From Ptychomitrium polyphyllum (taxonomy: Eukaryota), in the NCBI GenBank assembly GCA_973851085.1, contig OZ316776.1:13640001-13704000 (forward strand): a DNA stretch of 64,000 bases, in the 5' to 3' direction. Shown in pieces: positions 11,963 through 25,412 of the stretch. Position numbers and translations under genes: made by a program. Below the pieces are notes generated by a model, which searched no databases, was not told where the DNA came from, and saw only the letters and a program-made list of their open reading frames with translations. Position 1 is the stretch's first letter. Every line of letters begins with the position of its first letter.

Positions 11963-14516
11963 ATGGACCCTTCTGCTCAGCCTCATACGGCCACTACTGC
12001 ATCTGGCGACGGAGACGTGGGCGCAGACTGCTCGCCATCGTTGCCAGCACTCAAACCATGGGAGCAGCATGGCGGGGTCATTAACATGCCCCGCTACCTC
12101 TACTCCTCCCACGCGGCGCCTCTTCTGCACCGCTCTGGCTTCCTCATTACCTGCGCGTTCCGTAAGTACCTGCCTTCAGCTCATGCTCCCATGCTTCCAG
12201 CTCAGTTATGGCATCATGTGTTGGTCTTGATGCTCCTGTCGTGAGTCGTCCCTTGAGGTGATTGCGTATGCCCTGTGCTTTAGGGTTTGTGGGTTCGCTC
12301 GAGGCATGGAGCTCAATTTATGACACTGTGAAATCGCGTTGTGGAATTTGCGTAGGGTAGAACGCGAGAAGAGTGCCACCAAGGAGGCCATGGAAATTCT
12401 GCATGAGGTTCGTGATCCTGGCCATTTCGTTGTCTTGAGCAACATGCTGGGTGCGATTATAATCCCTTCAAATTTCACGGGTTTAGTCTATATTCTGAGG
12501 GCTTATGGTCACTGGTGTAGTCGACATTGAATACTAGTAGTAGAAGCTGTGGTTACGAAAGTAGTAAAGCTAAATCTAGGGCAATTTGCTAGAGCTCTAG
12601 TTGCCAACTTACTAAGCTCCACAACTAAAGTTTTCGCTGATTTGCAGTTGGAGCTTTTCTTGTTCCGTGTAATCGAGATTTTTGTTTCATGAATTCCTGC
12701 TTTTGATTTATTACACCGATCTATTATTTAACGCACAGTACATTAACTGTACAGTTTCTCAGTGTTTTCATTGAGTCTCATGACGGTGTTGATATCGAAC
12801 CTGATGCGAAGCGTGCGAGAACTGGAGCATATTCAGGGTCAGCAGAACGCAAGTCACCAGGTGTAACCCAGGTTGAGGCAGAGCCCTCACAGGAAGGGAA
12901 AGAAAGTACGGCGGAGGAAGTGGAAGAACGAACTCTAAGGTTTGAGGTTCAAGGTAAAGGGCTTGGCGCAAATACAGACGACGGTGATGTCTCAGGGAAT
13001 GGTGTAGGAGTGGGCAGTGCTGAAAGGGGAGCTGCATTGAGGAGCAGCCGAGCCGCAGAATTCAAGCAACAAGAGTTTCATTTAGTGAAACTAGCGAGGA
13101 ATGGCATGGTCTTTATCTCCATTCCCAGCCGCTCACCTGGAGACCTTGTCATATTCTTCTCAAAGATAATCAAAGATCTTCACACAAGATCAAGAGCCGC
13201 ACCCAGGTACTTTTATCAAGTCTCGTAATTATCTTGGATATTATATCAGTCTCGCAACATTTTGGGTCCTTCGATTACGCGTACCAACGCAGTGAGAGGG
13301 CAATGGGCATCTGCAGAAACCCTAACATCATCAGAATCACATGAATGGACCAGTTTAGCTTAGGTAGAGGTATACCTTAGTAATTAAGGATTGACATATT
13401 TCTGTCCAGTTATGACTGCTACATTCATCTTTTGTTAGGAACCACATCTTGCTGCATGTGAAGGTTTTAGGGTTTAGGGTCATTTAGAAGTCCTATTTTC
13501 ACCGTTTTGTCTTATCAGGGAGTTTTTGGTGAATGTTACTCAGTTCTGCCCTTTCCATTGCGTTCAGGTGGTGTCATCGAATATTTCCTGTGCAGACCAC
13601 GTGCCTTTGGACCAAAGAAGACGTGCGAAGAAATGTAGTTATTTTAGTGAAGGAGTTTATAGAAGGACATAATATCTCTAGCAACAACCCATTGAAGGTG
13701 TCACTCTTATGATTTTTTCTTAAAGTGGAAAATCTATCAGGTCCTCAGGTCATTATTGACACAAGAATTCGTACTTCCCATAGGACTGTTGATGTGCTGA
13801 AAGATCTTTGGCTGTGTTTGGGTTACATAAAGCACATTCTGATGCTCGTTCTTTACAGTACGCAGTAGCTGTCAATAGACGAGGACTTGAGGAGGGGAAA
13901 ACTGGTGACGGTGCAGCATCAATGGGTACATTTGGAAAGCTTGAGTGCATTCATGCCGTTGCAGAAGCAATTCAGGGTCTCACACCCTACGTGTCCGTGG
14001 ATTTGACAAACCCTCAGGTAACGTTTAAGTTCTTGGCACTTGTTACGTCTTGGTGACGATATTGTGACTAAAGCTGTAAAATCTTTGCAATGCGCATGGT
14101 ATCCGCATGCAAGAGCTGGTATGAGATTTTGCTGTACCTCTTATGACATGAGACTATATGCATCTAATTGGAATCAGAGGCACTGGTCTATTTTCTCGAT
14201 GTTCCTAGTATCTTAGAAGCTTACTTCCCGGTAACCTGGATTGTGTGACTGCTATGAACATTTGTACTTAAATACAATAAATCAATCTCTAAATAGTGTT
14301 AGTTATGAGGTTGGAGTAATGGCCAAGCACTGATGCACGATGTTGTTGCTAATGCAGGTGGTGGTCATTGTAGAAGTTCTTCCTCTGGTACGGGTGGATG
14401 CTTCCGTTTGTGGAGTGTCAGTTTTGCCGCGGGAGCTAGTGGTTACAAAGCCGAAGTTGGTGATCCAAGCCTTGGCACCACCCAAACAGCAGAAAGAGAA
14501 GAGAAAAACAGTTTAG
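11963..14516 (+). CDS. Conserved plant THUMP-domain-like protein (putative tRNA-modification factor, Tan1-like)
   Basis: Six exons with GT/AG borders join in frame: 11963-12161, 12361-12407, 12872-13206, 13568-13697, 13859-14017, 14358-14516 (TAG). Motifs PWEQHGGVINMPRY, SGFLITC, REKSATKEA, WCHRIFPVQTTC, YAVAVNRRG, VSVDLTNP and VIVEVLP match a recalled plant THUMP-like family. Function is inferred. Confidence 0.8.
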
Positions 14517-16300
14517 GCAGATAGGTGACAATTTTTAATGTGACTAAGGTGCACCAGTATTCTCCATTTTCTGTATTGTCTTGCATCAATGATGAACACC
14601 GTCGATGAGTTCATTTGTCTTTTTCCATCTTATCAAGTAATACTGCATGGATGGAATAGAAGTTCTATGCCCAATTTGCCAAACTGGATCGTGCCTTAAG
14701 CTCACACAGTAGTCGGGAAATGTGCTTTTTTTCCTTCCTGTTTTGAGCCTCTGCTATCCATTCCAGCAGGATCTGCATTGTTGAGATGCTGATGGTCATT
14801 TAAGAAAACATGTACAGAACCTTCTAGAATTTTATCCCTATGTGATCAGCTATGTGATTAGTATGAAGTTCTTGTTGCTATTGTTTTCAAGTATGTAAAG
14901 TTTGCTTTGCTAGATACCCATATGAGCATTCCCATCCACTCCATACTAGTTTGAAAAGATGTCTTACAGATTATAATTTTATAATGCATGTTTGTATGAT
15001 TGGGTCTCTTTTTGTTATCAATACTATATTTGAACCATCTTCAAAATCCAAATTTCAAAATTCTTTTTGTGTTCATTGTTAGAAAACTTATTGACAATCT
15101 TTGATCCAATGTGCTTTTCATGGACTTTGAATGTAGAATTCTCAACACAATAAATTTTTAAATTACTACAATTTAAGCTTTTATTTCAATGAATTAATTT
15201 TTGAATTAAAAAAGTGAAACATATTTGCAATTTATTGCTTGTAAAATATTAGTATAATTTTTTTGTAGAAATCCAAATTTTTTTAGTGTTGATTAACTTC
15301 TTTAAGAATTTAGAAAAAATATAACAAGGGGAAAAACCAAGAAGTTAGATAATTAGATGATTAGACAAAATTAGGTTAAATAAAGGTAAATGGTTTATAA
15401 TAGAATGGCACAATTACAATGGTCGAATTTGAGGTTTTTTTGAAAAATGTTGATAAATGGATAAATATCCTCAACATTGACACATTTGCTCTAATAACAT
15501 ATGGTTAAAATCCTTTATATTTGAAAAATAAATACTCATCATTTAAAATTTAAGTATGAACAATTCAAGGAAAATATAAGAAAATATACATAATATTTTA
15601 AAAGACCTTTTTAAACAACCCTTTTTAAAAGAACTATTCTATCATCTAAAGATATAATTCTATTGTCTAAATCTTTGTCTATTAAATAATAAAAGAGTTT
15701 GTATCCTAAATTATTAAATTAAGCTTATATCTTAAAGTAAATCACCTTCATCTTTATTAAAAAGTAAAAAAATAAGAACAAATAATTATAAATGCATGTA
15801 GAAATGTATGCATGGTTTTAAAAAAAATATTATTTAATCAAAGCACTTTCATTATTTTATGGTATAATGTCTATTTTGTAACTAAAATTAAAAAAAATTA
15901 AATTTCCAAAGCAAATATAAATATTTTATTGTATGTTCTACCTTCAAGCCTATATCTATTGAATATAGATTAGTGGTATTAATTTAAACTAATTAAATAT
16001 TATATATTGATGACCAAGAATTAAAAATTAAGAATTGAATTATTAAATAAAGTGGTGTAATTTTATTTCTATTTTTGGTGCTATAATTAGGAAGCAATGA
16101 ATTATTAAGTTGGTTGATTAAAACGCTTATTTTTTTATATCAAATTTGGATTTATACTTTAATAGATTTTTTCAAGTAAATATAAGTATATATTGACTTA
16201 ATATTACTTAATAATTTATACATGTAAGAAAATGGTTGTATCAACCAACTTGCTTGTTTTTAATTTCTTTTACCTTCTATTGGATAAGGGTGGCCAAGGA

Positions 16301-17405
16301 TATTGAGGAACACAAGAAACAAGAAGCAAAAATAATGTATTTTTTAAGAATTAACTTCCAAAGAATTATTAATTAACAAAAATTGATACAAAGACTAGTG
16401 TAAAATATGATACAATATGATCCACAATTTGTGTTGGCAAGACTAAAGTATACTTTGTCTTACCTCTTATTTATTTCTTATTTATACTATGATGCTTATA
16501 CCTTATAATATACTTCTAAGAAAGATTCCTACAAAACTTAAGAATATTCTAGTAGTCTATGGAACCTTCCTAGGAAGTTTACTAAGGCAATAAAACTGGC
16601 TATGGAAACAATAAAAGTATTTTAAGAAGCTACTATAATATACTAGAAAGTTCTAAAGACTTATGTTGCTAATCTATATCCGTAACATTACTTCCTCATT
16701 TAACAACAAGTTCCATGAAGATATCTTCTTATAGCTTGCTTGTTACACCTCTACAAATTCCAAAATTTGTCAAAGTAAAAAAACAACATATTTTGCTTGG
16801 TGTTCTTTGCCTATTGCTTCAACTAATCATTGTAAGAAGCGCCAATAATCACTAGCTAAGATTCATGTTGTTGAAATCTCTTAGTCTAAGATTTGATCTT
16901 GATTAAGTCCTTAAAAACATCCTCCAAACAAGATCTCTGATCTTCTAAGAGTGATTCTTCCAATTTCTAACAAGATAACTAAAGTTCAAGCATTTGAATC
17001 TAGATTGGAATGTGAACGGCGACTGGCCAATACTTCTATACAAGGTCGTACTTAATATTGGAATGTCTCTTTCATATCTTGGCTTAGATCCTCCGATACT
17101 GAAGATTGAGAAAATTGAGCTAGTTCAACAGGTATTGTTGTTGAAGAAGGCATGGCCAACTGCGCTTCATACATATCCATGATAATACAAAGATTTGACA
17201 TACTAGCTAGGATCTAAAGATGCTCTATCTCGGAAATAATGCTGCATACAATTGAAGGTTTGAATGTATCTTTCCCCTTTTTATACTTGTCTATGGAAAA
17301 ATCTTCTTTGTGAAGTTAACGGCTACTAGTGATAGGTCATCACTAATCTAATTGTTGAGAATATTTTTGATGAAATTTGCATACCTTATCAATTGCATTT
17401 TGTTA
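16301..17405 (-). mobile_element. Family A chromovirus 3' remnant (3' LTR 16301-16687, PPT and 3' internal region)
   Basis: Diverged copy of 18577-19850. LTR ends are TATTGAGG...CGTAACA on +. Only one unit of the 31-bp LTR repeat is present. Confidence 0.8.
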
Positions 17406-18576
17406 AGGTCAATAACTACCAAGTAATTAAAGACTTGTTAGTTCCTTACTAGAAAATATTTATCAAAGAATGGCCAGCTTTACCAATATTATGATGGATA
17501 ACCACCAAGTACTTGGAAACCTCAATTATTCTTTAGTAGAGAGTCCAAGTCTAGGAAAAAAAATTTATATAAATTTATAGTTGATACTACCAAATGGAAG
17601 AGACATAATAGTTTTAAGGATCAATTTATAAAATACTATAGAACTAACTAGAATGGAAGAACATATATATGAATATGTACACTAAATTGAAATTGATGAG
17701 CAAATCATAGAATGGAAGTAAAATACAACACACCTTCAACTTTCTTGATTGAGGGTTTAAAGTTTAGATTTAAGATTCTATAAACATGGATCTACATTTG
17801 TTTGTCTGAACTATCAATCTACCACTATTATGTGATAGTTATCATTGGAAGATGTTTGATAGTACAGATAGAAGAAGATCGGTATAAAAAATTCAATACT
17901 ACTAAATATAACATCTAGTAGCTTTGTAATATTTTCCCTCTTTTAAACCGAGTTTACTTCTGAAAATATTAAAATTGAGTTACTTGGACATCTCTTAAAT
18001 TTGAAATTGGCGAGGAGTTTGGCAAGTAGAAGAACGAGTAGAATGTAGAAAGGAGGTAGGTGTGGCAGTAGGGATGGAAGGAAGAAGAAGATGTTTGTGT
18101 CAGATAGATGGAGTAGAGAAATTGGTACTAGGAGGAAGGGAAGATGTGGGATCCGGAAGATTGGTGTCATTCAAGAGGAGACGAGAAGTGATAGATAAAG
18201 AAAAAATGCTAGGAATATTAAGTAAGGATTGATTAGCATCTAAAGTCAAACTATCATAATATTTATCATCCGAATTATGGATATTAGAAGAGACATGAGA
18301 ATCCATTATTGGATGATTGTTTTCACGCCTCAAGAAGCTCTACTGGTAATGGTGAATAATGGTGTCCTCGTTGTAGATGGTGATGTTGGCATCATCAAGG
18401 CGCTTACAATTTTGTGTGAGTTGTTAATGTGCCTTCTGGTACTGGTATTTTGTTTGGCAATGAAGGACCTTGTTGGACTTTGCGTGCTATTGATATTGAG
18501 CGCACTTAGTAGTAAATTGTTCAATCTGATGTTGAAGTTTGGTATTGGACGGGAGTTGATTACAAAGAACAGATAG

Positions 18577-19130
18577 TGTTAGGAACACAAAAAAACAAGA
18601 AGCAGAAACAAAGTGTATTCCAAAGAATTAGCTTCCAAAGAGCTAATGATTAACAAAAATTTGATACAAAGATTAAAACAAGGCAAGATTCAAGATGATG
18701 CACAATTTGTGTTGGCAAGACTAAGGAATACCTTATCTTGCCTCCTATTTATACTATGACATTTGTATCTCCGAGCATACTTCTAAAGAAGCTTCCTACA
18801 AGGCTTAAGAATGTTTTGGAAGTTTAAGGAACCTTCCTAAGAAGTTTCCTAAGATGTTGGAATCTTCCCAAGAAGCTTCCAAGGAGTTGGAACCTTCCTT
18901 GGAAGTTTCCTAAGGTAGTGGAACTTTCTTAGGAAGTTTCTTAAAAAGTTTCCTAAGATGATGGAACCTTCCTAGGAAGTTTTCTAAGGTGGAGGAACTT
19001 TCCTAGGAAGCTTCCTAAGAACATGGAAAGGCTATGGAGACATTTAAAAGTATTCTAAGAAGCTATTATAGTATACTAGAAGGTTCTAGAATATTCTAAG
19101 GACTATGTTGCATGATCTATGTCCGTGACA
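18577..19130 (-). repeat. Family A 3' LTR with ~6 x 31-bp tandem units
   Basis: TG...CA ends; TATAAATA at 18746-18753 (-); repeat unit GGAACCTTCCTAGGAAGTTTCCTAAGGTNGT at ~18828-19025. Confidence 0.9.
19078..19097. promoter_or_regulatory. Perfect 4-unit heat-shock element in family A LTR U3
   Basis: aGAAg gTTCt aGAAt aTTCt; also intact at 27690-27709 and its mirror. Confidence 0.6.
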
Positions 19131-19997
19131 TCACCTCCCCATTTAGCAACAAGTCCCACGAGGAATTTTTTTCTTGGCTTGCTTGTTATATTTTTACAAA
19201 TTCCAAAATTCGTCGAAGGAGTGAAGCAACATATTCTGCTTGTTGTTATTTATCCACTGGTTCAATTGGTCCTTGCAAGAAGCGTCGATGACCACCAGCC
19301 AAGACTTTTGTTGTTGAAATGTCCCATCCCAAGATCTGATCTTGATTAAGTCCTTCAAAACATCCTCCAAACAAGATCTTGGGTCTTTTAGAAGTGGCTC
19401 TTCCAATTTCTAACAAGATGACTAGAGCGCAAGCATCTGAATCAAGACTGGAATGTGAAGGGCGACTAGCCAATACTTCTGCACGAGGTCGTACTCGACA
19501 TTGGAATGTCCCTCTCATATCTTGGCTTAGATCCTCCGTTACCGAGGGCTGAGAAAGTTGAGTTGGCTCAACAGATGCTGTTGTTGATGAAAGCATGGCC
19601 GACTACTCTTCACGCATATTTATGATAACACAAAGATTTGACATCCTAGCTAGGATCTGGAAATGATCTATCTTGGAAATAATGCTGCATACAATTGGAG
19701 GTTTGGATATCTCTCCTTCCTTCTTATACTTGTCTATGAAGAAAAAACTTCTCTATGAAGCTAACGGCTACTGATGACACATCATCACTGACCTGGTTTC
19801 TGAAGATATCTTTGATGAAATTTGTGTACCTTGTCGGATGCATTTGTTACATTCGTTGAAGGTTCCAATTTTTGGTCACTGATGCCATATCCTTGCTAAT
19901 GTATTAAGTACTCCACACGTCCATTTTTGATGCATGAATCTAAGATCTTTTCCACTTCATATTCAATTTCATTATTGATTTTCAGCGGAGGAGGCGG

Positions 19998-21510
19998 TGT
20001 TGTGATGTAATTAATTGTATAGTTTAAAACTTGAGTAATATTTGCTGTTTGGTGTATTTGGAAAAGAGTATTAGGAAAAAGAAATAATTAGATTAAAATA
20101 AAGGTCGTGGTGAAATCACAATTTTTGTTTATTTTAGAGGTGGAACCGCATCTTGTCTTAGCTCAGGGTGATTAGACAGGTTGACTATAATTTTTCCTAC
20201 ATGCCGTTTTTGCTAGCAGTACCAAGCCAAGTGCTGCCGGTCTACTCAACGAATTTGACAAGAATCGAACTTGGACCGGTTCAGCAGCTGAAACTTATTC
20301 AGTCAACCAAGTTCATGATTTGGTGTCTAAACCTACCTCGACAATGGTTTTATTCTTAACTTGTTTCTTGTTGAATTTCAATCTTTTTCCTACTTTCTTT
20401 AATTTATTTTAGTTTTTTTAGTTTCTATTTTAGACTTGTGAGGGTTGATTTTATCTTCTTTGTAGTTGGAACCTAGAAGTTTCAACCAAAAGAAAGAAAA
20501 GCAAAAGAAAGGAATTTAGATTTGAAGATATGGTTAGATAAAGGTTTGATAAAGGAGTTTAGGGGCTAGTGTGGAGAGATATAGCTGATGTGGAGAGATA
20601 AGGGGCGGATGTGGCGGTTTGACCACCGCCCTCTTCTTCTCTCTTGGCTTCTCCCACTAGAATAAGAAGGCAGCCCTTCTTTGGGTGAAATCTCATAGTA
20701 TATTTCTTAGTTTGAGTTGGTTCTTGTTGGAATTTTTATTTTTTTTGTAAGCTTTTTAGAAAGCCATCACACGTTCCATTTGGAGTTAGTATGTGATCGT
20801 GGCTTTAGTTTGAGTAAAGTTAAGTTAGCTGCCTTGAGTTTTTGAGGGCAGCTAGTTTGAATGTTTGTAACTTCTTGTGGAAACGTTTTTTATAAGTGAA
20901 ATTTTTAGAAAAAGGTTTTGATTACTTTGAAAAGATGGTGTCAAAATTTGGTGAGCATTGGACTTCTTGAGCAAAAGACACAAAGACAAATGCAACCGGG
21001 ACATAAAAGACAGTGTACAGTAGAGTTTGGGGTTGTACAATTTGGGTCATTATAAATGATAGAAGGATTTTCTAAAGTTGATATTTTTACAAGGTGTTTA
21101 TTATAAGATATGTATCATGTACACAGAATTCAAAATTTGAATTTATCATAAAAGAAGAGTTATGAAGTGGTAAAGTGATAGAAGTATAGGAGCTGTAATA
21201 ATGAAGAATGTAAACTTTGAAGTTATGGATCTTAAAGGGTACTAAGGATTTGGCAACCAAAATTTACATATAGCCTAATGAATGTTTCAAGAAGGTTTTG
21301 TTGAAATTTTAGGTGCTTTGGATTAGTTTGCTAGAAGTTACAACATATTTAGCATTTGGAATTTTCAAGGCAGCGTAGAGAGAAAATTTGGGTTAAGGTG
21401 TTTGCTTCATTAGGTGTTAGAAATAGAAACTCTTCATGCATCTTGACCTTGATCAATTAGATGCTAAAAAAAACCTTGTGTTTTCTATAGCTACCACTTT
21501 CACCACGACA
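19998..21510. mobile_element. Family C solo LTR (1513 bp) with 4-bp TSD GCGG
   Basis: Ends TGTTGTGATG and CACCACGACA (8/10 inverted match). GCGG at 19994-19997 and 21511-21514. Removing the insert plus one TSD restores the host frame VLPPPPLKINNEIEYEVEKIL. Confidence 0.85.
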
Positions 21511-24248
21511 GCGGAAGGACGATTCTCTCTGGTATACATGATTTGTTATAGGTTTCCAACAATAATTCGTGGAATACTAGATGAATTTGCATGCTTTAGG
21601 CGATAACTAACCGGATTTATCTGTTTGCTGATTTCAAACGGGCCCAACCTTTGATAATCCAACTTTTTTGATGGTCTTTTTGTTTGAATATTTCGTCGCA
21701 AGAGCCATATGCTATTTCCAACTTTGAACTTTGGATGGTCCTTTTGCTGGCAATTTGCATGAATTTTGTAACGATCTTGAGCTTGTTGTAACTAAAAGGT
21801 AATTTCTTGATGGATTTTAGCAAGTTGAATTGCAAAATCCTTTGCTGCAGGACTTCCAACATGCTTCATTTGAAATGGATCTGCTTGAGGATGATGGCCA
21901 TAGTTTGCAAAGAATGGACTTTCAGTTCTTGAAGAATGCATCGTATTATTGTAAGCAAATTCTGCCAAAGGCAAGAGGTCCATCTAGTTGTCTTGTTGGT
22001 AGTTTATGCTACAACAAAGGTATTGCTCCAAAATTTGATTCACATGTTTGGTTTGACCATCAGTTTGCGGATGGTATGTTGAAAGAAGGTTGATCTTTAC
22101 ATGCAATAGCTGGAATAGAGCCCTCCAAAAGTTGGAAATGAACTGCAGCCTTCAATCGGATATAATATCATTTGGTAGTCCATGTATACAGTAGACGTGA
22201 TTTAAGAACAACTTGGCAGTTTCTTCTCCCATTACCGTCTTATTGCATGGAATAAAATGTGCCATTTTGGAAAATTGATATACCACTACCAAAATAGAAT
22301 TCTTAGAATCGGAGTTTGGAAGGTCCGTGATAAAATCCATTGACAAAGACAGCCATGGACCCTTTGGCATTGGAAGCGGATGGAAGAGACCATGAAGTTG
22401 GTGTCTTGGTACCTTGGTTCTTGCACAAGTGTCGCATGATTAAACAAAGTCCTTTACGTACTTCCACATTTGTGACCACCAATAGTCTTTAGCAATCAAT
22501 TCCATTGTTTTATTGAATCCAAAATATCCTGTTGTTGAAAAATCATGACGTGCTTGAAGGATCTTCAACCGCAAAAGGCCTGGAGGTAGGTACAAAAGTC
22601 CTTTATAATAAAACAGGCCCTCTTAGAATTCAAAGTCTTCATCGCTATTTGAAGGACCTCCATTGTCTTTCAGGCGCTTTTTTATATTTGAGACAAAGAC
22701 ATCATTCTTTAAAGCCTTCCAAATTTCATCAAGATGGGATGTTGTCATAATAATCGCTGCTTTCAATTGAAAATTCTCTGGCTTCAATAAAATAGTCCTT
22801 TATTGATCCAAAACACCATCTCCAGGTTGAGGAGCTAAATAAGATCTTTGAGATAAGGCATCTGGCTTTCCTTATAAGCTACTAGGTTGATAGGTAATGA
22901 CAAAGTCAAATCTGAAAAGCGACATATTCCACCTTGCTTGACGGCAATTCAAAACATGCACACTCATAAAATACTCCAAGTTCTTGTGGTCTGTATATAT
23001 TGTGATGGTATGTTGAGCTCCTTCCAACAAGTGTTGCCATTCCTCAAACGCATTTACAATTGCAAGTAGTTCTTTATCATGTATATCATAATTGATCTCT
23101 GCTGCTGAGAACTTCCTTAAACAAAAAGCAAGAGGATGAAGTCTCCCGTCTTCATCGTATTGTGAGAGTACTAAGTCAAGCACAAAATTTGATGCATCCG
23201 CTTCCAAATAAAAAGGCTTTGATGGATTTGGATGAATAAGAATTGGAGCCGACGTGAATGACTTCTTAAGGCTTTGAAATGCTTTTTCCGCTTCTTCATT
23301 CCAAATGAATTTTTTCTTCCCCATAAGACGTGTTAATGGTGTCGCAATCTTGGAATAATCCTTGATGAATATCCTGTAGAAATTTGCAAATTCCAAGAAG
23401 CATTAAACATCTTGAATTGATCTTGGCGTACTCCACTCTTTGACAATGCTTATTTTTTTCTTATCCATATGGATTCCTCCTTTGGAAATGATGTAGCCTA
23501 AAATTTCAATCGAGGATTCATGGAAAAGGCACTTCTCCAATTTGGCATATAATCCTTGTTGGCGTAGCTTTTCTAAGACCAGTCGCACATGACATTCGTG
23601 GTCTTGTTCATCCTTTAAATATATCAAAATATCATCTAAGTAGATGACTACAAAATTGTCCAAATGTTCATGGAAGATATCATTCATCATATGTTGGAAG
23701 ACTGCGGGAGCATTAGTAAGGTCAAAAGGCATGACATTGTATTCAAAATGACCATACCTAGATCAAAAAGCTGTCTTCCATTCGTCTCCTTTTTTGATGC
23801 GTACAAGATTGTAGGCTCCTCTAAGATCAATTTTGGTGAATATTTTTGCTTGGCCAAGTTGTTGTAGGAGTCCTGAGATTAATGGTAATGGATAGTGATT
23901 CTTCTTGGTCACTTTATTGAGGCCTCGATAGGCCACGCACATATGTAATGATCCATCTTTCTTCTTTACAAATAGAATGGGTGCTCTAGCCGGTGATTTA
24001 GAGTGTTGAATGAAACCCTTTTCTAGGTTTTCATTAATATATTCTCTCAAGGCAGTCAACTCGGTTTGTGATAAGTTATACATAGGTTCAAAAGGTGGTT
24101 GGACTCCTTCTTGCAACTCAATGTTACAGTCGTAAGGCCGGAGCTTTGATAACATGTTTGCATTCTTCTTTTCAAAAACGTCTTTATAATCTTAATATTA
24201 ACGAGGTATATTTTTATTAGTTTCTATTATACAGCTGGACATTGGTCT

Positions 24249-25412
24249 TCTCGCACAGCTCTTGTTGAGGAGTGCCCGCAATATTAAGGACACAAGGGGG
24301 GAATCCGGAGTGACGTCTGGGACTTGTGGCGCCGATAGTAAAGTGGCTAAGTAGGCCTAGCGTGGGAAGGATCCCGAGGGGGAGAAACATCCTTACCCAC
24401 GTAGTTCGAGGGCCACGAGGGATAAATTGTAGGCATTAGAATACTCATGACGAGTTGAGTCTAGAATGCTAAAGATTACTCAAATCGGACCAGGGAGCTA
24501 AAATATATGGCATCCCAAAGTTGGGGCTACCAAGGGGCTGTTCTAGACTGTGGCAGTCCTAGACAGTGACTGTACTAGACTGGGACAGTATAGGGAGGGA
24601 CTCCCCAGGAGTTCCGAACCGTAGGAGAGGCATATCTCCCAGAATACTAAGTCAAATTGAACATTTGAGGAGTTTATCGGCATCTACGCAAAGAGTAAAT
24701 GACGATAGAGTGGTCGCTCAATAGATTCGGACACCAAACGTGGAAGATAAGGCTCCCTAAAGGTCCGCAGGAAGTCCCGGAGGCTACCAGCGGCTAAGTC
24801 CCAAGGAAGATCGGGTGGTCTTCCAAAAGTTTTGGTGTATCGAGGTTTAGCTAGCTATAGAGGGCTAGAGGGCCTACCAAATCCCACAAAGAGTACTATA
24901 GGGGAGGGTTGGTCCTCCTCCCCACTTCCTTAGTGTCTTGGTAGGAATCAAGTGTGAGTTCTAATTGTTGGAGCTAGTATTGGAGTTTCACCACGGGGAC
25001 TCCCATACTATTGTGAGCTTGAGGATGACTGGTTTTACGAAGGGAACTAGTAAGATAAAAAGGGCACGCTTGTTACCACTAAATTGGGGTGGTATCTTCA
25101 CGCCGGCACCATGATGGCTTGGGTTGATCTTAGGATCACATGGGATCATGAGTGGAGGTGAGGAGACACCACTAAGTGCAGTTAGGCCGTGTGGAATGGA
25201 AGTAACACCAAGTGAGGCCTTGGACATGAATAAAAGTCCGCACCTAACGATTGGCTACCAATCAATTGGGCGTCCTAAGAGAAATGGTAAGGGAAATTGA
25301 AAACCAAGCTTAAGACTTGGAGAGTGAAAATGGGGGTTAATCATGTGCATGTGGAGGTGTACAAGGTTAACGTGCATGACGTTTGTTAAGGTGCATTATA
25401 AAGGTTGCAACA
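24249..25412 (+). mobile_element. Family B solo LTR inserted between protease and RT of family A
   Basis: Diverged homologue of the 29207-30351 LTR. Flanks GGTCT and GATGT fit a decayed 5-bp TSD (GGTGT). The paralogous site at ~41195 is uninterrupted. Confidence 0.88.

Noticed and set aside
18828..19025. Palindromic ~31-bp repeats resembling a CRISPR array
   Set aside because: Units are contiguous with no unique spacers, lie inside LTRs, and there are no cas genes in this eukaryotic DNA.
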